Positions 1 through 9,900 of a stretch of DNA of 19,682 bases are shown here, piece by piece; position 1 is the stretch's first letter; every line of letters begins with the position of its first letter. The DNA comes from Gemmatimonadales bacterium (GTDB lineage: Bacteria; Gemmatimonadota; Gemmatimonadetes; Gemmatimonadales; GWC2-71-9). Where the stretch lies: positions 1 through 19,682 of the forward strand of contig JBFJCP010000049.1 in NCBI GenBank assembly GCA_041615815.1, written 5' to 3'. The position numbers and the translations under genes are program-made. The notes under the pieces are model-generated. The model was given only the letters and a program-made list of their open reading frames with translations. It was not told the DNA's origin and did not search any database.

Positions 1-1
1 A

Positions 2-316
2 GCCTCCGAGACGAACGGAGCAATTGCTCGACTGGTCCTTTGGGATCCGGTGGCTCACCCGCGGCAACAGGACACGGAAGATCATGCATTGAGTGCACCG
101 AACGGTCTGTCGGGCGCGGCCCCACCTGTCCTGCTCGTGTCCACCCGCCCCGACCCGAAGGCGTACCACCCAATGCTCGATGCGCTGACACCATGGGCGG
201 GTGCTCCGTCTTTGATCCATGCCCCGGCAGCGCCCATTTGGTCCGACGATGGACCCGGCTCGGGTGGAATCCCCGTCGCGGCCGTTGAGGAGGCGGTGAC
301 GTGGCTTTCGCATTGA
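2..316 (+). CDS. Alpha/beta-hydrolase fold protein, 5'-truncated by the window edge (resembles 'hydrolase 2'-type partner proteins of tandem hydrolase pairs)
   Basis: Frame 2 is open from base 2 (ASETNGAIARLVLWDPVAHP...) to TGA at 314-316. 'RLVLWDPV' is the typical strand after the nucleophile helix in this family, and the C-terminus '...PIW...GGIPVAAVEEAVTWLSH' fits the terminal helix. The ORF track's 50..316 is only an internal part of this frame. Confidence 0.7.
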   Translation, partial: ASETNGAIARLVLWDPVAHPRQQDTEDHALSAPNGLSGAAPPVLLVSTRPDPKAYHPMLDALTPWAGAPSLIHAPAAPIWSDDGPGSGGIPVAAVEEAVTWLSH

Positions 317-365
317 ACCAGCGCTCCGTCGAATGCCGCCGCGTGCCGCATCTGGACGAGGTGGG

Positions 366-1226
366 ATGCTGACGCCGGCCTATCGGGAACGGCCCGTCCA
401 GTTCGGGCCCCAGCGATCGCTCTTGGGCATCTTGTGTACGCCGCCTACGCTCCCACCGGCATCGGCCCCCGTGGCCATCATGCTCAACGCCGGGGTGCTG
501 CACCGGGTGGGGGTCTCCCGGATCCACGTGGAGATGGCGCGCCGCCTGGCAGCCGCCGGCCTCTCGTCTCTCCGCTTTGACCTGTCCGGCATCGGCGACA
601 GCCTACCTCGTAAGGAACAGGTTTCCCTCGCCGCCGCTGTCGACAAGGACATCGAGGACGCGATGGGCTTCCTCCACGAGGGCGATTATGGGAACAGATT
701 CGTGCTCGTGGGCCTCTGTTCAGGAGCGTACGACGCACTCACACGCGCCGAGCGCGACGAGCGCGTGGTCGGTGTGTTCGCCATCGACTTGATTGGCTCG
801 TTCGTAAACACGAAACACGTGCTGAGACACTACTTGAAACGATTGCTCAACGCGGCGAGCTGGAGGAACGCCTTCTCGGGCCGGAACAACGCCGTTGCCA
901 CTCTCCGGAAACGGATTTCCCGGAACGGGCAAGGCTCGACCTCCCTGGGTGTTGGGGTGCGGAAACGGCTCTCCAAAGCAGAGTTGGACACTTTCCTGGG
1001 GCAGTTGCTCGACCGAGGCGTTCGCCTCGCCTTCTATTTCACGGACGGTTTGGAAGAGAATTACAACTACCGGAGCCAGTTTCGCGACAACCATCCGCAA
1101 GCGGCCGCTTCGCCGCTGTGTACATCGGTGTTCGTTCCGGGATCGAACCACTCGCTGACCAATGTCTCGCATCGCGAGCTGATCATCTCCGGCTTCGTGC
1201 GCTGGATGGGAGGTTTGGGAGTCTGA
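366..1226 (+). CDS. Alpha/beta-hydrolase (serine aminopeptidase S33-like / 'hydrolase 1'-type) with GLCSG nucleophile elbow
   Basis: Motifs: LNAGVLHRVG, SLRFDLSGIGDS, LVGLCSGA (GLCSG at 711-725) and candidate catalytic His in 'SNHSL' (1149-1151). ATG 366 is preferred because GAGGT lies just upstream and family-like sequence ('ERPVQFG...LLGIL') starts there; ATG 333 is an in-frame alternative. Confidence 0.88.
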   Translation: MLTPAYRERPVQFGPQRSLLGILCTPPTLPPASAPVAIMLNAGVLHRVGVSRIHVEMARRLAAAGLSSLRFDLSGIGDSLPRKEQVSLAAAVDKDIEDAMGFLHEGDYGNRFVLVGLCSGAYDALTRAERDERVVGVFAIDLIGSFVNTKHVLRHYLKRLLNAASWRNAFSGRNNAVATLRKRISRNGQGSTSLGVGVRKRLSKAELDTFLGQLLDRGVRLAFYFTDGLEENYNYRSQFRDNHPQAAASPLCTSVFVPGSNHSLTNVSHRELIISGFVRWMGGLGV

Positions 1227-1237
1227 AAAGCGGCGAG

Positions 1238-4200
1238 TTATTCCTCTACCGGGTTCGGGATCTCGGCCGCGATCTGCGCTAGCGTTTGGAAGAACATACG
1301 GCGGGGATCCAGTTTGTAGCCTGTTCGTTCCTCCACTTTGTAGGCCACGCGGATCGAGAGCAACGAATGCCCGCCCCGCTCGAAGAAGTTGTCTTCTCGT
1401 CCCACGCGATCCACGCCGAGCACGTCGCACCATACCTCCGCCAGCATCTTCTCCGCCGCGGTGTTCGGGGGGACGAATTCCTGCGAGCCCATCGAGAATG
1501 CGAAGGGATCGGGAAGCGCCGCGTGATGCACCTTCCCGTTGGGCGTTCGGGGGATCGCATCGACCGACACGACCACTCCGGGCACCATGTACTTGGGCAG
1601 GGAGTCCCGTAGGAACCGTCGTACCTCACTCGCCGTGGGCTCCGCGACGCTCCTGTCGTAGACTACGTATGCTACCAGCTTCACGTCATGCGCCGCGCGG
1701 GTGCGAGCAACCACCGCGCAGGTCCGTACGGACGGGTGGCGGGCCAACGCGCTCTCGATCTCCCCGGGCTCGATCCGGTGACCCCTGACCTTCACCTGCC
1801 GGTCCAGACGCCCGTGGATTTCGAGCCGCCCATCTTCGAGCCAGCGGCCCAGATCGCCCGTGCGGTAAAGGTACGCGCCGGATGCGCGACCGAACGGGTT
1901 GGGGATGAAGCGCTCTGCCGTGAGCGCCTCCCGATTCAGATAGCCCGCCGTGACCCCGGCACCCCCGATGTAGACCTCGCCCTGAACCCCAATCGGAACG
2001 ATCTGCCTGGCCGCGTCCAGCACGTAGACCTGCGTGTTGGCAATCGGCCGACCCACCGTGATCGGTAGCGATCCCTCCGTGATCTCCGCACACGTGGACC
2101 ACACGGTGGTTTCCGTGGGTCCGTACATGTTCCACAGGCTGGAGACCCGGGGCACGAGCTTCGCGGCGAGTTCGGCACTCAGCGCCTCTCCCCCACACAA
2201 CGCGGTGAGGGGATGTCCCCTCCACCCGGCATCCAACAGCAGCTGCCACGTGGCTGGGGTCGCCTGCATCACCGTTGCACCCGAGGACTCGATCGCCGCC
2301 GCCAGTCGTTTGCCGTCCGCCACCGAAGCAGCATCTGCGATGACCACTCGCCCACCCACGATCAGGGGCAGGAAGATCTCGAGCACCGAGATGTCGAACG
2401 AGAGCGTCGTGACCGCAAGCACGACATCCTGCTCCGTCAGACCGGGCCGCTCCAGCATGGCGTGGAGGAAGTTGATCACACACCGGTGCGGAACCCGCAC
2501 CCCTTTCGGCTTCCCCGTGGAGCCCGAGGTGTAAGTCACATAGGCGATCCCGTCCGTCACCCCAGCCCGTTCGCCCAACCCACGCTCGGCTTCGGCGATC
2601 GACGAGACGAGGTCGTCGAGCGCGAGGAATCTCGCGCCGAGGTCGGGGAACAGGTGTGCCAGGCCCGACTGGGAAACCACCACCTTCGTTTCAGCGTCGC
2701 CGGCCATGAACGCCAGGCGATCCGGGGGGAACGTGGGATCGAGAGGAACGTAGGCGGCACCGCTCTTGAGGATCCCCAGGAGGGCGATGACCATGCTCGA
2801 CGATCGCTCCATACAGATTCCCACCAGGTCCTCACTCTGAACACCCAGATGATGGAGATGTGCAGCAAGTGCGTCCGCCCGGCGGTGCAGCTCACGGTAC
2901 GTGAGACCGCCGTCGCGATCCTCGACAGCGATGGCATCGGGTGTGCACTGGGCCTGCAACTCGCAAAGGCCATGCACGGTCTCACTCGGCCAATCGCGTC
3001 CGGTGTCGTTGAACTCCTGCGTTATCCGCAGCCCCTCGGACTCTGACAGCAGCGACAACGTGGAGGTGTCCGCTCCGGGGTCCGACACCACCGCTTGCAA
3101 CAGGATCTCGAAATGCCTGGCCATGCGGGCGACGGTGGACGCGTCGAAGAGATCGGTGTTGTACTCGAAGGAGCCGATCAGCCGACCGTCCACCTCTCGC
3201 AAGTAGAGTGTGAGATCGAGCAATGACGTCGTCTGCTCGAGCGGCAACCGGCGCACCGAGAGCGTGGAGAACTCGGGACGGAGTGTGGGGACGTTGCCAA
3301 AGTCCAGCATCACATCGAACACCGGAGACCGGCTCGGGTCACGCGCTGGCTCCAACGTCTCCACCAGCTTGGTGAAGGGCAGATCCTGATGGGCATATGC
3401 ACCTAGCACTTTCTCGTGCACCCGGCCGAGCACCTGGTCGAAGGTGCTTCGCTCGGAGAAGTCCATGCGGAGAGCCAGCGTATTGATCAGGTTCCCGACG
3501 AGCCGCTCCGCTTCGACGCGCTTTCTGCTCGCGATCGGAAATCCGACGATTACATCGGTATCACCCGAATAGCGATGCACGAACGTGTGTAGCGCTGCCA
3601 TGAGCACCGCGAAGGGGGTGGTGCCCCGGCCACGGGCGAGGTCGTTCAGCGCGCCGGTCAGGTCCCGTGACAGAGCCACCTTCACCCGCGCCCCGGCAAA
3701 GGTCTTCAGGGCTGGCCTCGGCCTGTCCGTCGGAAGGCGAATGGCAGGCAGGACGCCGCCGAGTTCTTCGCTCCAGTAAGAGACGTGCTCGTGGAAGCCG
3801 CCCTCTTCGAGGCGTCTCTCCTCCCAGACGGAGTAGTCCGCGTACTGGATGGGGAGCGGGGGGAGGCTAGATGGCGCGCCGGCCACGCGTGCCTCGTACT
3901 CGGCGGCCAGGTCCTGTATCAGGATCGCGGTGGACCATTGGTCCGTCGCGATGTGGTGCGTGACGAGAAGGAGGCGATGTGCGTCCTCCCGCTGGCGGAA
4001 CAAGGTGGCCCGGAGCATGAGATCCGAGGAGAGATCAAAGCGCCGCCCCACCTCGAGACCGACCCACTCGTCGAGGTCCACCATCGAGACCACGGATCCC
4101 TCACGCAGATCGATGACGGGCATGTCGAGCGTCCAGTCCTCCAAGACGACCTGTCGAAGCTCGCCCTTCTCCACTCGGATCACCGTGCGGAGTGTCTCAT

Positions 4201-6961
4201 GGCGCTGCACCAAGGCCTCCAAGGCCGATTCCAAGGCTGCCACGTCCAGTGGCCCCTCGAGACTCAGCATCGTGGGCATGTTGTACACCGGCGTGTCGGC
4301 TTCGTATTCGTGGCGGAACCAGAACCCTCGCTGCGCATGGGACGCCTTGCACGCACCACGCGACTCCCGTCGCGGAATGATTCCACGCTGCGGCAAACCG
4401 CCATTGGGGTCCTGGCTCTCCCTTTCGCGACGAATCGCAGCGGCGAAGTCTGCAAGGGTTGTGGGTCCCAGCAGGAGCCGGACCGGCACATCGACGTCGA
4501 AAGCCCGAATCACCCGCGAGACCACCTGCGCTCCCTTCAGAGAGTCACCGCCCAACTCGAGGAACCCGTCGTTGACGCCTACGCTTTCGATGCCCAGGAC
4601 CTCGCACCAAATGTCCACGAGCGCGGCCTCCACGTCGTCTGCGGCGGGTACGTAGGCGGTGGCGAGGTCCGGCCGGCCGGCGTCCGGCGCGGGAAGCGAG
4701 CGGCGATCCACCTTCCCGTTCGGGGTCAGGGGGATGGACTGCAGCCGTACGAAGACGGACGGGACCATGTAATCGGGAAGCGTCTCGAGTAGCTGGCGGC
4801 GCAGGTCCGTGGTGGTGACTCGTCCCTCGCCTCGGGGCGTCCAGTACGCCACCAAGCGGTTCTCGTTCCCTGCACCGTTGCGCAAGAGGACGACACAGTC
4901 CGCAACCGCATGGTGCTGACGCAGCCGCGCTTCGACTTCACCCAGCTCCACTCGATTGCCCCGCACTTTCACCAAGCCGTCGCGCCGCCCGAGGATCTCG
5001 AGTCTCCCATCGGGCAACCAGCGCCCCACGTCCCCCGTCCGGAAGAGCCGGGCTTCGGGTGCTGGATCGAGAGGATGGTCGATGAAACGCGCGGCGGTGG
5101 TCTCGGGATCGTCGAGGTATCCCGCGGACAACCGTCCACCCAGATACACCTCACCGGGTACACCCACGGGACACAGACGGCGCCCGCCGTCGAGCACGAA
5201 CACCTCCATGCCCGGAACCGGTCTTCCCACGAGCAGGACTCCCGGCTCATCGTGCCGCGAGCATTCATGCGTGGTTGCGCCAGGAGCCTCGGTGCAGCCG
5301 TACATATTGACCAAGCTCGCGTCCAGCTTCTCGAAGAACCGCCGTTTCAGATCGTGCGACAGTGGCTCACCCGACGTGTTGACACACTCCAGGGATCGGC
5401 ATGCGCTCAGATCGTCGACCTCCAGGAGTGCGCGCAACTGGCTCGGCGTCATCAGGAGATGGGTCAAGCGATGCTGGTCGATCAAGGCCGCCAGGCGCCA
5501 AGGATCGTGCTCCGAGCCCACAGGCGCCACGAAGAGCGTTCCTCCCGAGAGCAGCGGCCGCATGATCTCCGCGACGGTGAACGTCGTGCCCGAATCACTC
5601 TTCAACAGATGGCGCTGGTCGGGTGATGCAGAGGATGAGAGCGGTCGGTACCCGACGGGCACCTTCACGATCTGGGGCCGCCCCGTGGAGCCCGACGTGG
5701 CCATCAAGAAGGCCAACTGATCCGCTGACACGGAGACCTCGGGGGCGGTGTGCGGTTGTGCCGCCAGCTGATCCGCGACGTCGTCCAGCCGGAGAACCGG
5801 CCACCGTTCTCTCTCGAGGGGTTGGGGTAATGGGTTCGAGGCGATCACGAGGGCCGGCCGCACGATCTCCAGCTGGGCCCGCAAGCGATCGTCAGGTGCA
5901 GCCGCGGCGATTGGGAAGACCACGCCGCCCGCCTTCAGTATTGCCAGGTACGTCACGGGAACCTCTGCGGAACGGGTCAGTGCGACCCCCACCGCCACGT
6001 CCGTCCCCACGCCGCGCGCCCGAAGGAAGTGGGCGAGCTGACTCGAACGGATGTCCAGATCCCGATAGGTCAGGACATCACCTTCGCACACCACGGCCGG
6101 TTTCTCGGGTGTCTCGCGGGCTCGCCGCTCGAAGACCACATGCCGACGGTTCACTTCCGTCGGTACGCGATCGCCAATACTCCAACTGCGAACCTCGCTC
6201 TCCTCGTCCACCGACATGAGCTGCACGTCATCGAGAGTCGTTGCTGGGTCTGCGATCACGCTCTCGATCACCCGGTGGTAGTGGCCGGCCATTCTCGCGA
6301 TGAAGTCCGCCCGGTAGAAGCGCTCATCGTAGGAAAGACGCAGACTCACACCGTCACGGGAGCGCTGGGCGCTCAGGCTGAGCGGCATCCCCGCGCCGGA
6401 CGGGCTCCGTGACACGGGATCGGCCGGGGCCCCACCATTCCCGGTCGAGAGCGTTGGGCAGGCTCCAAAGCACACCGGCACGCCGTACGGGAACTCGTGC
6501 AGGGCCTCATGTGGTAGGAGGTCCGCCAGCGTCGGGAGACAACCCCACCGGGATCCCATCCGGCTCGCGTCGCGCACGTCGACGAGATAATCCCGGAATT
6601 CGCGCTCGCCCCCCGCGGCTGTTCGGACCGGGAGCACGCCTCGCGCATCGGAGGCCCTCTCAGGCGCGACGAGCCACCCAACGACCAAATCTTCTTGTCC
6701 CGTATATCTGAAGAGCAGCGCCTTGAACGCCGCGAGCAGGATCTCGGCGGTCGTGCACGTCGCCGTGGCGGCGAGGTTGGTCAACCCGGCGTGGAGGCCG
6801 GCATCCAACGCCACGTCGCGGTGCGCCCACGTGGGGTTCGCGGGCTTGGCCGTACGGCGGCGGTCTTTGGGCAGGCACCGCCGCGGTGATGCTCCATCCA
6901 GCGCCCCTCGCCACCGCTCCAGTGTCGCCCCGGGAGTGGTCGAGCCCAATTCACCACTCAT
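1238..6961 (-). CDS. Non-ribosomal peptide synthetase B, 1907 aa: partial C (C-lobe only)-A(atypical)-T-C-A(Gly)-T, no TE or reductase
   Basis: Two A domains (TSGSTGRPQIV/YGCTE/FRTGD/TPNGKVD and TSGSTGKPKG/YGPTE/YRTGD/TPNGKV), two carrier motifs (LGGDSL, RGGHSL) and one full C domain (HHIATDQWS, 3932-3958). The start overlaps the NRPS-A stop (ATGA, 6958-6961). Confidence 0.95.
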   Translation of the reverse strand: MSGELGSTTPGATLERWRGALDGASPRRCLPKDRRRTAKPANPTWAHRDVALDAGLHAGLTNLAATATCTTAEILLAAFKALLFRYTGQEDLVVGWLVAPERASDARGVLPVRTAAGGEREFRDYLVDVRDASRMGSRWGCLPTLADLLPHEALHEFPYGVPVCFGACPTLSTGNGGAPADPVSRSPSGAGMPLSLSAQRSRDGVSLRLSYDERFYRADFIARMAGHYHRVIESVIADPATTLDDVQLMSVDEESEVRSWSIGDRVPTEVNRRHVVFERRARETPEKPAVVCEGDVLTYRDLDIRSSQLAHFLRARGVGTDVAVGVALTRSAEVPVTYLAILKAGGVVFPIAAAAPDDRLRAQLEIVRPALVIASNPLPQPLERERWPVLRLDDVADQLAAQPHTAPEVSVSADQLAFLMATSGSTGRPQIVKVPVGYRPLSSSASPDQRHLLKSDSGTTFTVAEIMRPLLSGGTLFVAPVGSEHDPWRLAALIDQHRLTHLLMTPSQLRALLEVDDLSACRSLECVNTSGEPLSHDLKRRFFEKLDASLVNMYGCTEAPGATTHECSRHDEPGVLLVGRPVPGMEVFVLDGGRRLCPVGVPGEVYLGGRLSAGYLDDPETTAARFIDHPLDPAPEARLFRTGDVGRWLPDGRLEILGRRDGLVKVRGNRVELGEVEARLRQHHAVADCVVLLRNGAGNENRLVAYWTPRGEGRVTTTDLRRQLLETLPDYMVPSVFVRLQSIPLTPNGKVDRRSLPAPDAGRPDLATAYVPAADDVEAALVDIWCEVLGIESVGVNDGFLELGGDSLKGAQVVSRVIRAFDVDVPVRLLLGPTTLADFAAAIRRERESQDPNGGLPQRGIIPRRESRGACKASHAQRGFWFRHEYEADTPVYNMPTMLSLEGPLDVAALESALEALVQRHETLRTVIRVEKGELRQVVLEDWTLDMPVIDLREGSVVSMVDLDEWVGLEVGRRFDLSSDLMLRATLFRQREDAHRLLLVTHHIATDQWSTAILIQDLAAEYEARVAGAPSSLPPLPIQYADYSVWEERRLEEGGFHEHVSYWSEELGGVLPAIRLPTDRPRPALKTFAGARVKVALSRDLTGALNDLARGRGTTPFAVLMAALHTFVHRYSGDTDVIVGFPIASRKRVEAERLVGNLINTLALRMDFSERSTFDQVLGRVHEKVLGAYAHQDLPFTKLVETLEPARDPSRSPVFDVMLDFGNVPTLRPEFSTLSVRRLPLEQTTSLLDLTLYLREVDGRLIGSFEYNTDLFDASTVARMARHFEILLQAVVSDPGADTSTLSLLSESEGLRITQEFNDTGRDWPSETVHGLCELQAQCTPDAIAVEDRDGGLTYRELHRRADALAAHLHHLGVQSEDLVGICMERSSSMVIALLGILKSGAAYVPLDPTFPPDRLAFMAGDAETKVVVSQSGLAHLFPDLGARFLALDDLVSSIAEAERGLGERAGVTDGIAYVTYTSGSTGKPKGVRVPHRCVINFLHAMLERPGLTEQDVVLAVTTLSFDISVLEIFLPLIVGGRVVIADAASVADGKRLAAAIESSGATVMQATPATWQLLLDAGWRGHPLTALCGGEALSAELAAKLVPRVSSLWNMYGPTETTVWSTCAEITEGSLPITVGRPIANTQVYVLDAARQIVPIGVQGEVYIGGAGVTAGYLNREALTAERFIPNPFGRASGAYLYRTGDLGRWLEDGRLEIHGRLDRQVKVRGHRIEPGEIESALARHPSVRTCAVVARTRAAHDVKLVAYVVYDRSVAEPTASEVRRFLRDSLPKYMVPGVVVSVDAIPRTPNGKVHHAALPDPFAFSMGSQEFVPPNTAAEKMLAEVWCDVLGVDRVGREDNFFERGGHSLLSIRVAYKVEERTGYKLDPRRMFFQTLAQIAAEIPNPVEE

Positions 6962-9900
6962 GGCGGTGTCGCCCCGTTGATGCGACTGCGGTTCAGGAGC
7001 GACTGCAGCTCCTGGGCCAGGGTGGCCACGAAGGGCTCCCGGAGCATATGGAAGTGATCACCCGGCACATCGCGGACCACGAGTTGGGACGGATTCAATT
7101 CCGCCCACCCATGCGCGCTGCCCCGGTCTCTCACGCGCGATGCCGAGCGGAAGAGGGTGACCTGACCCGGGTAGTCGGGACTCGGGACATATGCACGCGT
7201 TGCCTCGATCGCATGTGAATAGACGGCGTAGTGCTCCATGAACGCGTTGAGGTGTAGCTGGGCGGGTACGAGGCTTCGACGCCGCAAGTCCTCGTGGGCA
7301 CCGGCCAGTGCCTCATCCATGGAGGCGCTGACCGCGGTGGTCGCGTGGCAAGCGATGGCCTCCTCGGGGAGTCCGTAGTGCCGCAGATAGGTCCGCACCA
7401 TTTGGGCTGGTCCGCGATGGAGGGACACCACGCCCGGCAGGAACGAGTCCAGCACTGCCAGCAGATGGACCCGGCCGCCGCCCTGAAGCAGCTGCTGCGC
7501 CACCTCGTAGGCCACGAGTCCCCCGAACGACCATCCTCCAAGGAGGTAAGGACCATCGGGCTGGGCCTCGCGAATGACATCGAGATAGCGCGCGGCGAGC
7601 TCGGGAATCGAGTGGGAAACCGGCGAGCCGTGGATCCCCGGGTGTTCGATTCCGTAGAACGTCTCTCTTGGATCGAGCCGATTCGCCAGTTGGACGTACG
7701 GAGAGACGATCCCACCGGCCGCATGAATGAAGATCAACGGCGGCTCCACCGAGCCTACGTGAATGGGAACGAGCAGTGGGTTTTTCCGAGACTGGGGTAC
7801 GCCGTCAGGCATTGTGGCACTTGCTGCGGTGGTCGTGCGGCCCACCGCGGCGACCAATGTTGCGATCGTGGAGTGCTCGAACAGTGTATCCAGGGTGATC
7901 TCGCCGCCCAGGACATCCCGCATCTTGGCAACCACGTCCGCGATCAGCAGAGAATGGCCGCCCAGCTCGAAGAAATCGTCGGTGACGCCCACTCGACTGA
8001 GACCCAGGGCCTCGCCCCAGATCCCTGCCAAGGCCCATTCGGTGGCAGTGCGAGGCGCCACATACGTCTCCGGCGAGCCGACCGGCGGGACCTCTCGGGC
8101 GCGAAGCGCCTTACGATCGATCTTGCCGTTCGGGAGCAGGGGCAGCTCACTGAGCGGCACGACCCGCTGCGGCAACATGTAGCTGGGGAGCGTTCGGGCC
8201 AGGAATCCCCGTATCTCATTCGTGGGTAGGGTCAGCTCGTCGCGGTACACCACGAAAGCGGTCAGTGCCACGTCGCCTGCGCCCGACGGCTCCACCGCGC
8301 AGGCGTTGACCGCGGGGTGCAGTGCGAGCGCCGCCTCGATCTCCCCGGGCTCCACGCGGTGGCCGCGGATCTTCAGTTGCCGATCCACGCGACCGAGCAC
8401 TTCCAGCTGCCCGTCCTCCCGCCACCGGCCCCGGTCACCGGTGCGATACAGCAGCCCACCGGCGCCGTTGGCAAAGGGATTCGGAACGAAGTGCCGCGCG
8501 GTCAGATCCTCGCGCTTGAGATACCCGTCCGTGACGCCGGCCCCTCCGATGTACACCTCCCCCGGAAGGCCGATGGGCACCGGCTGCATGCCGGCGTCGA
8601 GCACGTAGATCTGGGTATTGGCGATGGGCCGGCCAATCCCGATGGGCTCGCGGTCGTCGGTGACCTCGCCGCACGCCGACCACACGGTGGTCTCGGTGGG
8701 CCCATACATGTTCCAGAGTTGCGCAACCCGTTCCCTCAATGCCTTGGCCAGCTGGGGCGGCAGCGACTCGCCTCCCGCAAGGGCCTTCAATCGGCGGGAT
8801 CCCGTCCATCCGGCATCGACGAGCATGCGCCACGTGGACGGCGTGGCTTGCATGACGGTGGCACCACATGCCTCGATCACCGCCGCGAGGCGCCGACCAT
8901 CGGAGGCGGTTTGCGTATCCACCGGGACGACTCGTGCCCCGGTGATCAGCGGGAGGAAGATCTCGAGCACGGAGATGTCGAACGACAGCGTCGTCACGGC
9001 GAGCACCACGTCCTCCGCCGTGAGCCCAGGACGCTCCTGCATGCTCAGCAGAAAGTTGACCACGCACCGATGGGGGACGCGCACACCCTTCGGTTTACCC
9101 GAGGAGCCCGAGGTGTACATCACATAGGCCAGTGCGTCGTCGTCCTCACGCCCCTCGCCATGCCCCGGCCCGCCGCGTTCCGGCGCGCCGTTCGCCGGGC
9201 CGAGTAAATCCATCGGAATCACGCGTTCCCCGAGGGCGGGAAACGACGCGGCGAGCGCAGAGTCGGAGAGGACCGCGCTCACCTCCGCATCACTGACCAT
9301 GAGCGAAAGCCGATCGCCGGGAAACGCGGGATCGAGGGGCAAGTACGCGGCGCCCGCCTTCAGGATGCCAAGCACCGCCACGATCATTTGCAGAGACCGA
9401 TCGAGGCAGACACCCACCAGGCTGCCGGGTTCAACGCCCCACCGAGCAAGGTGCATGGCCAGCTGATCGGCCCTGTGATTCAGCTCCCGATACGTGACGG
9501 ACTCGTTTCCGAATTGGACTGCCACCGCCCCGGGGGTGCGCGCCACCTGTTCCTCGAACAGTTGATGGATGCGCCGGTCCAGCGGATAGGCAGCGGCTGT
9601 ATCGTTCCACTGCACGAGCAAGTGTTGCCGCTCGGTGGATGACAGCAGCGGCACCTCGTTGACTGGCCGATCGGGGTCGACCACCACCCATTGCAGCAAC
9701 CGCGTGAAGCGGGACACCAGACCCTCGATCGTCTCCGCGTCGAACAGCTCGCTGCTGTACACCACCGTGCCCCGCAGGCCGTCTCCGTGGAGACGGAGAT
9801 GCATCTCCAGATCGAACCGAGCGCGGAGGGCTCGTTTGGGGAGCCAGGACAGGTCGATCCCGTCGAGATCCACATCGCTCACCCAGCCGTCGTGCAGTTG

